A stretch of DNA of 64,000 bases from Mobula hypostoma (taxonomy: Eukaryota): positions 55,678,001 to 55,742,000 of the forward strand of contig NC_086108.1 of NCBI RefSeq assembly GCF_963921235.1. The letters are read 5' to 3'. Both the position numbers and the translations under genes were made by a program. Each line of letters opens with the position of its first letter. Within the stretch, counting starts at the first letter, position 1. Shown in pieces: positions 51,290-64,000 of this stretch. The notes below the pieces were generated by a model that saw only the letters and a list, made by a program, of their open reading frames with translations, had not been told where the DNA came from and did not search any database.

Positions 51290-52885
51290 AGGGCCACTAA
51301 AGAAGTTAGCATATCTCTCTCACAGCACTAGTGACCCAGGCTCAATTCCACCGCTGTTTGTAAGGAGCTTGTATGTTCTTCCTGTGACTGCGTGGGTTTC
51401 TTTCGCGTACTCTGATTTACTCTCATATTCCAAAGATGGAAAGTATTCTTAGAGATGGTATATATAATTATCTGGATAGACAGGGTCTGATTAGGAACAG
51501 TCAACATGGATTTGTGCGTGGAAGGTCATGTTTGACAAATCTTATTGAACTTTTTGAAGAGGTTACTAGGGAAGTTGACGAGGGTAAAGTGGTGGATCTT
51601 GTCTATATGGACTTCAGTAAGGCCTTTGACAAGGTCCCACACAGAAGGTTAGTTAGGAAGGTTCAATCGTTAGGTATTAATATTGAAGTAGTAAAATGGA
51701 TTCAGCAGCGGCTGGATGGGAGACGCCAGAGAGTGGTGGTGGATAACTGTCAGATTGGAGGTTGGTGATTAGTGGTGTGCCTCAGGAATCTGTACTGGGT
51801 CCAATGTTATTTGTCATATACATGAATGATCTGGATGATGGGGTAGTAACTTGGATGAGTAAATATGCAGATGATACTAAGATAAGTGAAGTTGTGGATA
51901 ATGAAGTAGGTTTTCAAAGTTTGCAGAGAGATTTAGGCCGGTTAGAAGAGTGGGCTGAAAGATGGCAGATGGAGTTTAATGCTGATAAATGTGAGGTGTT
52001 ACATTTTGGTAGGACTAATCAAAATAGGATATACATGGTAAATGGTAGGGCATTGAAGAATGCAGTAGAACAGAGGGATCTAGGAATAATGGTGCATAGT
52101 TCGCTGAACGTGGAATCTCATGTGGATAGGGTGGTGAAGAATGCTTTTGGTATGCTGGCCTTTATAAATCAGAGCATTGAGTATAGGAGTTGGGATGTCA
52201 TGTTGAAATTGTACAAGGCATTAGTGAGGCCAAATTTGGAGTATTGTGTACAGTTTTGGTCACCAAGTTATGGGAAAGATGTCAACAAAATTGAGAGAGT
52301 ACAGAGAAGATTTACTAGAATGTTACCTGGGTTTCATCACCTAAGTTACAGAAAAAGGTTGAACAAGTTGGGTCTTTATTCTTTGGAACGTAGAAGGTTG
52401 AGGGGGGACTTGATAGAGGTATTTAAAATTATGAGGGGAATAGACAGAGATGACGTGGATAGGCTTTTTCCATTGAGAGTGGGGGAGATTCAAACAAGAG
52501 GACATGAGTTGAGAGTTAAAGGGCAAAAGCTTAGGGGTAACATGAGGGGGAACTTCTTTACTCAGAGTGGTAGCTGTGTGGAACGAGCTTCCAGCAGAAG
52601 TGGTTGAGGCAGGTTCGATGTTGCCGTTTAAAGTTAAATTGGACAGCTATATGGACAGGAAAGGAATGGAGGGTTATGGGCTGAGTGCAGGTCAGTGGGA
52701 CTAGGTGAGAGTAAGAGTTCAGAACGGACTAGAAGAGCCGAGATGGCCTGTTTCCGTGCTGTAATTGTTATATGGTTATATATGGTTATATGGGTTTGAG
52801 GGTTAATTAGTCACAACGGTGTAATTGGGTGGTGCAGGCTCATTGGACCAGAAGGGTCTGTTACCATGCTGTATCTCCAAATAAA
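51290..52885 (+). mobile_element. V-SINE split by a young CR1 (51436-52793)
   Basis: SINE head gacccaggctcaattcc...tccaaaga; CR1 ORF2 (SQHGFVRGRSCLTNL, YADDTKI) with (tatggtta)n tail; SINE resumes ggttaattagtcac...ccaaataaaa. Confidence 0.9.
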
Positions 52886-53521
52886 ATCTGCAGCATTTTA
52901 AAGGCAACTGGATAAATATCTAAAAGGAACAAATTTGCCAGACTCTAGAGAGATGGTGGCCAAGTGAAAAGCTGTATTGTTCCTCTGTAGAGCCAATATG
53001 GATTTGATGGAGGGAAGGCATTTCGCCGTTCTGGGATTCCCATGATTAGTAAGTGAATCCCAGGTCTAGATTCCAAATCCATGGAAATCTACTGTGCATG
53101 AATCATCCCATTCTCAATTTACATCAGATTTATTTGTAGTTTGACTCAAAGCCAGGGGAATCAGCTGACTTTTTTTTAAACTGCTCTAGGGCTAGAGTCA
53201 GAATTTTGTTATTACAATTTTCCATTATTCAGGTATTTTGTTTTGCAACTAAAAGGTGGGGTACCTGCTCAGAAAGTTCTTTACAGTGTGGCTACATGAC
53301 TAAATTGAAAGAAATTCTTTGGTCCTGTAATCATACTTCAGGAATAAGACATAAGAAAACAATAGAAGAGTAATATATAAAACTAGTTTTTCCTGTTTGT
53401 CATTTTTATTATTTGTTTTAATCTGCATTTATTAACCATCTATTATGTTTTCAAATTTTTCTATTGCAGCAAGGTATGAAATTAGGCTATGGTCTAATTT
53501 GTCTCGTTTTCTTTTCCATAG

Positions 53522-53571
53522 AAGATCTCCAGCCACAAGTCAACCACCCCTTACAAGAATCAGTCTGACAG
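53522..53571 (+). CDS. PDE4B: PDE4B LR1 linker exon (50 nt)
   Basis: cttttccatag| ... |gtacca. Encodes (K)RSPATSQPPLTRISLT, similar to PDE4B RSPAASQPPVSRV; phase-compatible with the 71-nt exon across a ~32-kb intron. Confidence 0.9.
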
Positions 53572-54116
53572 GTACCAAATTCTTTCTTAGAAATTACATG
53601 CAAACTCAGATGAGGGTATTTGATTCTTGGCTCTGTGTATACCATTCAAACACGACCATTGGTATGAAATCTACTCAAACCTCCCTCTTTTAGGCACAAT
53701 GCTGATTTTACATAACTATTCTCTCTAGTCTAACATTGTGTTGTTTGCATTTAGCATTTTGTTCATTAGTTTGGCTGGAAAATGATATTCATTTTCTTGC
53801 CTTCCTTATACAGTTCTTGTGTAACTTAAGAGATGAAATTGTCAGGTAAACTAAGTATTATTGCTTGAGAAGAAAATTGCTCACAGTTGTAATTTGGTAA
53901 ATTGATTTATTATTTTCATGTGTACTAACGTACAGTGAAAAACTTGTCTTGCACACCATTCATACAGATAAATTCATTAAAACAGTGCATTGAGGTGGAG
54001 CAAGGTAAAATAAAAACAGAAAGCAGAATAAAGTGTGACAGTTACAAAGAAGGTGCAGTGCTTTCCCAAAGCAGTGAGAAATGCTGGCAGTGTCCATGGA
54101 GGGGAGGCTGGTTTTA

Positions 54117-57100
54117 GAAACATAGAAAACCTACAGCACAAGACAAGCCCTTCGGCCCACAATGCCGCTTTAGGAATTTTAGAAATTACCTAGTGTTACT
54201 CATAGCCCTCTATTTCACTAAGCTCCATGTACCTAGCCAGGAGTCTCTTGAAAACCCTATCGTATCCACCTCCACCACTGTTGCCGGCAGCCCATTCCAT
54301 GCATAAAAAATTTACCCCTGACACCTCCTCTTTACCTATTTCCAAGGCCTTAAGACTGTGCCCTTTCATGTTAGCTATTTCAGCCTCTGACTATCCACAC
54401 AATCAATGCCCTCATCATCTTATACACCTCTATCAGGTCACCTCTCATCCTCCGTTGCTCCAAGGAGAAACGGCCGAGTTCACTCAACTATTCTCAGAAG
54501 GCATACTCCCCAATCCAGGCAACATCCTTGTAAATCTCCTCTGCACTCTTTCTATAGATTCTGCATCCTTCTGTAGAAAGGTGACCAGAACTGAGCCCAG
54601 TACTCCAAGTGGGGCCTGACCAGGGTCCTATATAGCTGAAATCCATACACACTACATCTACAGCTCTACCTTCATCAATGTGTTTAGCCACATCCTCAAA
54701 ATATTCAATCAGACTCATAAGGCATGACATGCCTTTGACAAAGCCGTGCTGACTATTCCTAATCATATTATCCCTCTCCAAATGTTCATAAATCCTGCCT
54801 CTCAGGATCTTCTTCATCAACTTACCAACGACTGAGTAAGACTCACTGTTCTTTAATTTCCTGGGTTCTCTCTACTCACTTTCTTGAATAAGGGAACAAC
54901 ATCTGCAACCCTCCAATCCTCCGGAACCTCTCCTGCCCCCACTGATGATGCAAAGATCATTGCCAGAGGATCAGCAATCTCCTCCCTCACTTTCCACAGT
55001 AGCCTGGGGTCCCGGTGACTTATCCGATTTGATGCTTTACAAAAGCTCCAGCACATCCTCTTTCTTAATATCTATATGCTCGAGCATTTCAGTCCGCTTT
55101 AAGTCATCCCTACGATCACCAAGGTCCTTTTCCGCAGTGAATACTGAAGCAAAATATTCATTAAGTACCTCCGCTATCTCCTCTGGTTCCATACACACTT
55201 TTCCACTATCACACTTGATTGGTCCTATTCTCTGGTGTCTTATCCTCTTGTTCTTCACATACTTGTAGAATGCCTTGGGGTTTTCCCTAATCCTGCTCAC
55301 CAAGGCCTTCCCATGGCCCCTTCTGGCTCTCCTAATTTCATTCTTAAGCTCCTTCCTGCTAGCCTTATAATTTTCTAGATCTCTATTATTACCTAGTTTT
55401 TTGAACCTTTCGTAGGCTTTTCTTTTTTTCTTGACTAGATTTTCAACAGCCTTTGAATCTCTGTTCCTGTACCCTACCATCCTGTCCCTGTCTCTTTGGA
55501 ACATACCTATGCAGAACGTCACACATATATCCCCTGAATACCTGCACATTTCTGCCGTACATTTCCCTGAGAACATCTGTTCCTAATTTATACTTCCAAG
55601 TTTCTGCCTGATAGCTTCGTATTTCTCCTTACTCCAATTAAACACTTTACTAACTTGTCCATTCCTAGCCCTCTCCAATGCTCAGGTAAAGGAGATTGAA
55701 TTGTGATCACTATTTCAAAACTGCGCTCCCCCTGAGAGACCTGACACCTGACTAGATTCATTTCCCAATACCAGATCAAGTACAGCCTCACCTCTTGTAG
55801 GTTTATCTACATATTGTGTCAGCAAACCTTCCCGAACACACCTAACAAACTCCTCCCCATCTAAACCCCTTGCTCTAGGAAGATGCCAATCAATATTTGG
55901 GAAATTAAAATCTTCTACCACAACCATACTGTTATTTTTACACCTTCCCAGAATCTGTCTCCCTATCTGCACCTCGATGTCCCTGTTACTATTGGGAGGT
56001 CTATAAAAAACACCCAGTAGAGACTCAGTAGACAATCCCTCCATGACTTCCTCCTTTTCTGTAGCTGTGACACTATCTCTGATCAGCAGTGCCATGCCCC
56101 CACATCTTTTGCCTCCCCCTGTCCTTTCCTGAAACATCTAAAGCCTGGCACTCTAAGTAACCATCCCTGCCCTTGAGCCATCCAAGTCTCTGTAATGACC
56201 ACAATATCATAGCTCCAAGTACTGACCCACGCTCTAAGCTCATCCACTTTGTTTATAATGCTTCTTGCATTAAAGTAGACACATCTCAAACCATCAGTCT
56301 GAGCGCATCCCTTCTCTATCGCCTGCCTATTCTCCCTCTCACACTGCCTGCATGCTTTCTTTATTTGCGAGCCAATCGCCCCTTCCTCCGTCTCTTCAGT
56401 TTGGTTCCCACCTCCCAACAATTCGAGTTTAAACTCTTCCCGGTAGCCTCAGCAAACCTCCCTGCCAGGACATTTGTCCCCCTCGGATTCAAGTGCATCC
56501 CGTCCTTTATGTACAGGTCACACCTGCCCCAAAAGGGGTCCCAATGATCCAGAAATCTGAATTCCTTCCCCCTGCTCCAATTCCTCAGCCATGCATTTAT
56601 CCTCCACCTCACTGTAATCCTATACTCACTGTCACATAGCACAGGCAGTAATCCTGAGATGACTACCTTTGAGGTCCTTCCTTCCTAACTCCCTGTAGTC
56701 TGTTTTCAGGACCTCTTCCCTTTTCCTACCTATGTCATTGGTACCAATACGTACCACGACCTCTAGCTGTTCACCTTCCCACTTCAAGATATCATGGACG
56801 CGATCAGAAACATCCTGGACCCTGGCACCTGGGAGGCAAACTATCATCTATGTTTCTTTCCTACGTCCACAGAATTGCCTGTCTGACCCCCTAACTATAG
56901 AGTCCCCTATCACTGCTGCCGTCCTCTTCCTTTTCCTACCCTTCTGAGCCACAGGGCCAGACTCTGTGCCAGAGGCACGACCACTGTTGCTTCCCCCAGG
57001 TAGATCGTCCCCCCAACAGTACTCAAACAGGAGTACTTATTATTAAGGGGGACAGCCACAGGGGTACTCTCTAGTATCTGACTCTTGCCCTTCCCTTTCC

Positions 57101-57570
57101 TGACTGTTACCCACTTATCTGTCCCATGAGTCCCGACGAAGGGTTCCGGCCTGAAACGTTGACTGATCGTTTCCACTGATGCTGCCCGACCTGCTGAGTT
57201 CCTCCAGCATGTTGTGAGTGTTGCTTTGACCCCAGCATCTGCATATTATTTTGTGTTTACGAAGGTCATCAAGCTGCAGCTCCAGCTCTCTAACACGGTC
57301 CCTAAGGAGCTGCAGCTCGACGCACCTGGCGCAGATGTGGCCATCCGGGAGGCTGGCAGACTCCTGGACATCTCAAATCTGAAACCCAGTACAGAATACC
57401 GGCCTCACATATATACTTCATATTCCTCACAAGTAGCTTACCTCGCCTCGACCCGTTATCACCAAAGCCCCGTTGAACCAAAGCCCTCCTACTCTTGTCT
57501 CCCTCTACTGCATTGCCCGCTCTATAAAGCTGTCTTCTTTTAAGTCCTTTCCACTGTTTCACTGTTGTAC
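54117..57570 (-). mobile_element. Near full-length, internally deleted CR1 (ORF1 SGNH esterase, APE, RT)
   Basis: VCLPGARVQDV and IGTNDIG (ORF1); YFNARSI and ITETW (APE); SQHGFVKG (RT); reversed tail tagaaacatagaaa. Confidence 0.92.
57128..57260 (+). mobile_element. Short Penelope terminal-repeat fragment with hammerhead-like motif, inserted in CR1 ORF1
   Basis: agtc-ccgacga-aggg-ttccgg-cct-gaaacgtt-gactg...ctgctgagttcctccagcat; matches 6037-6160. Confidence 0.75.
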
Positions 57571-58870
57571 TGAGCTGTGTTCACCACTCTCTGCAGTGTT
57601 CTGCAGTCACAGGCAGAGCAGTTGGCAAACCAAGCTGTGATGCATCCGGGCCAGGTGTTTTCTGTGGCGCATTGATAAGGACACTAGTGAGAGTAAAAGG
57701 GGACATGCCGGATTTCTTTAGCCTCGTGAGGATGTAGATGCGCTGGTGTGTCTTGATCATGGTATCAACATGGTCGGACCAGGGCAGGATATTGGTGATT
57801 TCCACTCCACGAAACTTGAAGCTCCTAGCTCTCTTGACCTCAGCATAATTGACACGAACAGAAATGTGTGGCCAGCCACCTCCTGAAGTCAATGACCAGC
57901 TCGTTTGTTTTGCTACCTTTGAACGAAAGGTTGTTGATATGCCACCACGTCACCAGGCTCTAGATCTCCTTCCTGTGCTCCGAACTATCATTACTTGAGA
58001 TGCAGCTCATGACGGTATTACCTGCCAACTTGTAGATGGGGTGAGAGCAGAATCTGGCCACGTAGTTATCAGTGTATGGGGAGTAGAGAATGCTGCCTTA
58101 TGTGGCATCAGTGTGAGAATAATCGTGGTGGAGGTGTTTATTTATTTTGTTTAGAGATACAGCACAGATCTACTCCTGCCAGCCCAGCGAGCAAACCGCT
58201 CAGCAATCCACTTATTTTAACACTAAACTAATCATAGGACAATTTACAATGACCAATTAACCTACTAACTATGACTTTGGACTGGAGCACCCGGAGGAAA
58301 CCAACATGGACATGGGAAGAACGCACAAACTTGCTTGCAGAGGACGCTGGAATTGAACTCCAAACTCCGATGCCCTGAGCTGTAATAGCGTCACACTAAC
58401 CGCTAAGCTACTGCTGTGCCCTGCGTTGCTGTCTATCGTGACTGATTACAGTCTGTTTGTCAGGAAGGCAAGGATTCAGTTGCACAGTGAGGTGTTGAGT
58501 CCCAGGTCTAGGTGCTTGGAGATGAGAATGCTTGGAATTATAGTATGGAGATGGAACTGTAGACAATAAACAATAGTTTAATCTAATAGCTCAGAGAGCA
58601 TAATGCCAAGGAGAAGGCATCTGACGTATACCTGGTTTGATGGTAGGCAAGTTGCAGTGGGTCAATAGTGTCTGATTGGCTGGCATTAATATGTGCCATG
58701 GCCAGCCTCTGGAAGCACTTCATGATGGTGGATGTCAGAGCCACTGGGCGGTAATCGTTAATGCATATTACCATGTTCTCCTTCAGTATTGGAATGATAA
58801 TGGGGTTCTTAAAGCAGGTGGGACCCTCATATTGAAGCAGGGAGAGGTTAAGCATGTCTGGAAATACCCC
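57570..58870 (-). mobile_element. Rex1/Babar LINE with nested V-SINE (~58140-58420)
   Basis: NDYRPVALTSTIMKCF, DPLQLAY and SFKFRGV motifs; the SINE matches 18770-19055. Confidence 0.85.
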
Positions 58871-58899
58871 CACCATCTGATCTGACCTTGGACTGTGAC

Positions 58900-59570
58900 A
58901 ATCCATCATACCTATATACCTCTTGGTCATGCCTCAGCCTGCTATGCTGCAGAGAAGATAGTCCCAGTTTATCCTGTCACTCCTTATAACTCAAGCCATC
59001 TAGTTGGTAACATTGTCATGAATCTATTTTGCATTCTTTCAAGCTTAATCACATCATTCCTATAGTATGGCAACCAGGACCGCACACAATGCTTCAGATG
59101 CAATCTCACCAATATCTTGTACATATGTAACATGATTTTGTAAGTCTTATACTCAGTGCCCTATATGTGTCATATAACTTCTTCACCACCTTGTCTACCT
59201 GTGACACCACTTTCATGAAACTATATGCTTCTACCCACAAGTGTCTCTGTTCGACAACATTCACCAGAGTCTGACTTTCACTTTGTAAGTCTGCTCTGAT
59301 TTAACTTCCCTGCGGCACACCACTGTTCACCGTCCTCCAGTCTTACAAATAACCCTCCATTATCCCTCTCTGATTCCTTCCCCGAAGCCAGTTTTGTACC
59401 CAATTGGCTAGCTCACCTTGAAGCCCATGTGATCGAATCTTCCTGGCCAGCCTGCCATGCAGAACCCTGTCAAAGGCCTTGTTAAAGCCCATACAAACAA
59501 CATCTACTACCTAGCTGTCATCTATCCATGGTCATCTCTTCAAAATAAAAGTCTTTCAAACTCAGGAGAT
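58900..59570 (-). mobile_element. Old CR1 fragment
   Basis: ctgtcaaaggcctt (KAFD, minus) and cacacaatgcttcag (EHCV, minus). Confidence 0.6.
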
Positions 59571-59589
59571 GAACAATCGATGAACTATA

Positions 59590-59790
59590 ATATGCTGGTG
59601 GTGTAGTGGCATTTGCATGGGACTTCAAGGCAAGTGGCCCCAGGTTCAAATCCAGCTGGCTCCTTGGGTGCGTTCCACCCATGCTGGTTTGAGCGTCGAG
59701 CTAGCAACTTGGCCTCAAAGGAAAGAGACAAACACTGAAGAAGCAGCAAGGTTGCTACCCAAAGCACCACAAGGCGCAGCAAGGAACAGC
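59590..59790 (+). mobile_element. tRNA-derived SINE
   Basis: A-box-like tggtgtagtgg and B-box ggttcaaatcc. Confidence 0.6.
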
Positions 59791-59799
59791 AAACTGTAC

Positions 59800-60290
59800 T
59801 TAATAAAGTGGCCACTGAGTGTATCCATGTAGTTTTCTGTTGCTGTAGCCCATTCACTTCAATGTTCAACATGTTATGCTTTCAAAGATGTTCTTCTGCA
59901 CACCACTGTTGTAATACATGGTTTTTTTGAGTCATTGTCAATTTGTCAGCTTGAACAGGTCTGGGCATTCTCCCCTGACCTCTTTCATTAGCGAGATGTT
60001 TTCACCCACAGGGTTGGCGTTCATTAGATGTGTTTTGTTTTTCATACCGTTCTCTGTAAACTCTAGGGAATGTTGTGCCTGAAAGTCGCAGGAGATAAGC
60101 AGTTTCAGAGATATTCAAATCACCCTATGTGGCATCACCATTCATCCAATAGTCGAAGTCACTTAGGTCACACTTCTTCCCCATTCTGATATTTGGTCTG
60201 AACAGCAACTGAACCTCTTGACTATTCCTGCTTGCTTTTATGCATTGAGTTGCTGCCACATGATTGGCTGATTAGATATGTGCATTAACA
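59800..60290 (-). mobile_element. Tc1-like transposon remnant (N-terminal HTH)
   Basis: From 60184 on minus: MGKKCDLSDFD...LNISETAYLLRLSGTTFPRVYRE; TIR-like taataaagtggccactgagtgta. Confidence 0.8.
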
Positions 60291-61384
60291 CAGTGTCTTT
60301 AAGTCGACATTTACTTTCCAATCATGCTTCCTTCAGTTGATACTCAACTATCAGCATAGCCGCCAAGTGTCTTCTTTAAAAACTTCCCCCAAAGTGCTTC
60401 AATATTATTTTTTTCTGTACTCCTTGTGATAATCAGTTCCACATCCTAATCATACATGTATAAAATTTCACTAAGGAATTCTGTAAGATGATTACAGATA
60501 CCAATGCAAAACAAAATTCGTATCTAAGTTCAAAACTTCAAAGTACATTTATTATCAAAATATGTAAAAAAAAATTATACAACCTTGAGAATTGTCTGCT
60601 TACAGGCAATCACAAAGCAAGAAATCCAAAAGATGTATTTTTGTAACATAGCAATATGTTATACTGCTGCCACAAATCAGTAACAATTAAAAAAAAAGAC
60701 CGACAGCCAGTGTGCAGGAAAAAAACATAAATCATGCAAATAATAAAAGTAAGCAATGGCATGCAGAACCAGACTGGGTCCATAGACCCGGAGCTCGGAG
60801 CCAGAGTAGGCCCATGGCCTTGGTCTCAGCTCATCACACAGCAGGGCAAACCGTCGCGAAGATCGCAGACATGAAGCACGCGGCAGCCAGAGCAGCCTCA
60901 CGGCCTCAGCGCCGTGGAGACAGGAACAAGTGTCACGGAATTATTAAGTGCATAAGCAGTACTAAATTACTTCCAAGAATTTATGGGAAAATCTGAGTTC
61001 AGGGAATGATTTTAGTGCAATCGATATTATCATTTGTTTTAACAGGCATTTCAAGTGGTATTTTTTTCTTTGAGTAATTATTTATATCAACTCCAAGAAA
61101 TATTAGCAGTCATTTGTAAATTCAGGAACAATTGCTCCTGGTTTTAGAGACGTTGATCTATGTAATGGCTGACTTTCAAGTGCATTTATATAGAACCATA
61201 GAGTCATCGATCACTATAGCACAGAAACAGGCCCTTTGGCACATCTTGACTGTGCTGAACTATCAATCTGTTTAGTTCCATTGACTTGCACCTGGGAGTT
61301 GCTAATGTATGTGGACCATGGCCCATGCAGTATCATTGTCTGTGGAAAAAACAGAAAAGGAGTACCATAAATGTTGTTCTATTT

Positions 61385-61710
61385 TCAGAATCAGAATCAG
61401 GTTTATTGTCACTGATATTAGTCATGAAGTGTACTGATTTCTGGCAGCAGTATAACATATGGCTATGTTACAAAAAATAAATGAATAATAGTGCAAAAGA
61501 GGAATAGTGAGGTAGTGTTCATGGGTTCAAGAACCATCAGAAATCTGCTGGCAGAGGGGAAGAAGCTAAGACTATGAAAGAGGGCCTTTAGGTTCCTGTA
61601 CCTTCTCCCTGATGGCAGTAATGAGAAGAGAGCACGTCCCAGATGGTGAGGGTCCTTAATGATGGATGCTGACTTCATGAGGCATCCATCAATGGTGGAG
61701 AGGCCTATGC
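61385..61710 (-). mobile_element. Rex1/Babar 3' end
   Basis: Reversed tail tcagaatcagaatcaggtttatt; IIKDPHHLGRALFSLLPSGRRYR. Confidence 0.85.
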
Positions 61711-61999
61711 TTGTGAGCACCTCACTAAAATAAAATGAAGTAGATATATCATTCTCCGGACTCCCGTGTTTTTTTAATAGCTTATGTTGTTACAAAATAT
61801 AATATGGTGACGAATGTTATAAAGTGAGCCAGAGATGCCAACTTAGTTGTTGACGCTATTTTACCTGTTGAAGCACAGTGAGACATCTGAATTTTTTTTA
61901 AAAACACAGTACGTTTTCTCCACAAAGGGAGAAGAGTGGTTGAGTTTTTTAAAAATGCCTGATTCTGATTCTGATATTTTTGGTTGAAAATCTGCAGAG

Positions 62000-62660
62000 T
62001 CATAGAACACTACAGCACAGAAACAGGCCCTTTGGCCCATCTAGTCCTTGCTGGGCTATTATTCTGCCTAGTCCTATTGACCTCCACCCAGACCATAGCT
62101 CTCCATTCCCTCCCGTCTATATATTGATCCAAATTTCTCTTAAATTTGAAATTGAACCCACATCCACCACTTCCACTGGCAACTCATTCCTAACTCACAC
62201 CAAATGCGGAGTGAAAAACATTCCCCTCGTATCCCCCGTAAAAGTTTCACCTTTCACTCTTAACCCTCGTCTTATCCAACCTCAGTGGAAAAATTCTGTT
62301 TGCATTTATCCTATCTGTACTGCTCATAATTTTATTTACCTCTGTCAAATCTCCCCTCATTCTTCTAGCTGTAGTGAATAAAGTCTTAACCTATTCAACC
62401 TTTCCCTACAATTCATGTCCTCGAGTCCTGTGGACATCCATGTAAATTTTCCCTAGACTCATTCACTCTTATTGACACCTTTCCTGTAGGTAGGTGACCA
62501 GAACTGCACAACAATACTCCAAATTAGGCCTCACCAACATCTTAATCAACTTCAACGTAACATCGTAATAACTGTTCTCATACTTAGTGATGAAGGCCAA
62601 TGTACCAAAAGCTCTCTTTATGAGACTATCTATCTGTGACACCACTTTCAAGGAATTATA
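62000..62660 (-). mobile_element. Degenerate CR1 3' part
   Basis: KRAFGTLAFI and LVRPNLEYC motifs; reversed tail catagaacactacagcac. Confidence 0.8.
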
Positions 62661-64000
62661 GATGTTGAATTCAAGCATGTTGATGTTTTGAGTCAAAACT
62701 CTGCTTCAGGACTGAAGCACAAGGATGACGAGACTAAGCCAAGTTGATAAATCTAACTTTATACAAACTCTTAACAATTTAAAACTTTAAAAACTTGTAA
62801 ATTGATTGGATACAAACATTAATAATTGAATAAATAGAATACGTTTAAATAAACGTTGTACCATCTGGACAGATTACGTAATCCAGTCTCAGGTAAGCAT
62901 GACTCCAGTAAATGTTGGCAATTCACCGATCTTCAGCTCAGAGTTGGTTAACTGGAGTCTGAGGTACAGTATCAGGCAGGGGGGGAATTACCTGGTCATC
63001 AGCATGCAACATGTTTAGGTAATATGGCTGTTGGGGCTGAGTAGCTGCCTGCAGGTTGTGTGATGCTTGCAACAATGAGAAGGTTAAAAACTGCATGAGT
63101 TGTATGGTTGAGCACCAGCGATAGAGATTTGTGGTACACGATGATGCAGTGCAAGTGGATGATACTAATAACACAGCTGGTAGGAGATACTATTTGAAGA
63201 TAAATTCACTGTGACAATTTGTATGAAGTTGTTAGATTGTTTCTGCACTGTATCCATGTTCTTTTGGTGAACTGTCAAAGTGGACATGCTCTATTGTATT
63301 TTCACATTGCCTCCCCAACCCCAACCTGTACTGCAAGGCATCTCCTCCCCACCAATCCTTGCCCCATGTGAATTAGAGAAACAGGATCTCTCACTGCTCA
63401 CCTCCTAATGCACTATCGGAAAATATTAGTGCAGCCATTGTGTTTGTTCAGCCACTGATCAAGGCTTTGATCAATTTTCAAATGGTTCCTATGACTTCTT
63501 TCATTAAAAAGGGACAATCTATTTTTAAGTTTCATTGGCACAAAGGATAAACGGATTTTTTAAAGCTGTAGGCAGTCAAGCTGAAGTGACAGCTCCTTGA
63601 GCAGTCATGGAAAGCATCAAGCAACCCATCTGATATTATCTTGTCCTGTCCATATTGTAATACATTTGTTAATAATGTGCCAGAAATACCATGTCTATTT
63701 CTGAGTAGTTGCCATTTGTCAAAACTTGGGCAACCAGTTTTAACATACGTGACTGTTTTATTTTGTAGTTTTAGTCACCTATTCGTGGATGGCAGGATGG
63801 TGCTTGTAGAGTTATTGACATTCTGGAATCTTGTAAGTGTGGCAAAGTGCGGGCAACATAAATAACTTAGAGCTGAAAAAGTGGTGAAATAGACCCTAAT
63901 ACAAATTAAAAATTGTAAAATTAATATTTCACAGGTAAATAGTGCTTTATATAATCTGAATTTGGTTTTCCTTGTCTGCTGATAAAACCTAAAGCCTTTG

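Overview
Eukaryotic, repeat-rich vertebrate DNA. The CR1/Rex-Babar/Penelope/V-SINE landscape suggests a cartilaginous fish, probably a ray (inference). The window lies inside a + strand PDE4 cAMP-phosphodiesterase gene, best matching PDE4B. Four coding exons of the long-isoform UCR1/LR1 region (195, 37, 71 and 50 nt) splice in frame; no first exon was confidently found and the catalytic exons lie downstream. The introns are packed with nested transposons. The most notable object is an internally deleted Gypsy LTR element (48274-50198) whose RT/RNaseH/integrase core is replaced by an intronless fragment of the splicing-factor gene RBM25 (RRM region), i.e. a host-gene capture. Other highlights: Penelope-type minimal hammerhead ribozyme motifs, a mariner-derived element with five TIR copies, a ~460-bp foldback containing an inverted duplicated Tc1 fragment, bipartite RTE-derived SINEs, and a ~34-bp minisatellite rich in 5' splice-site motifs. 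Homologies were recognised by eye from remembered family sequences, with no database search. Repeat boundaries are approximate unless a TSD is cited.
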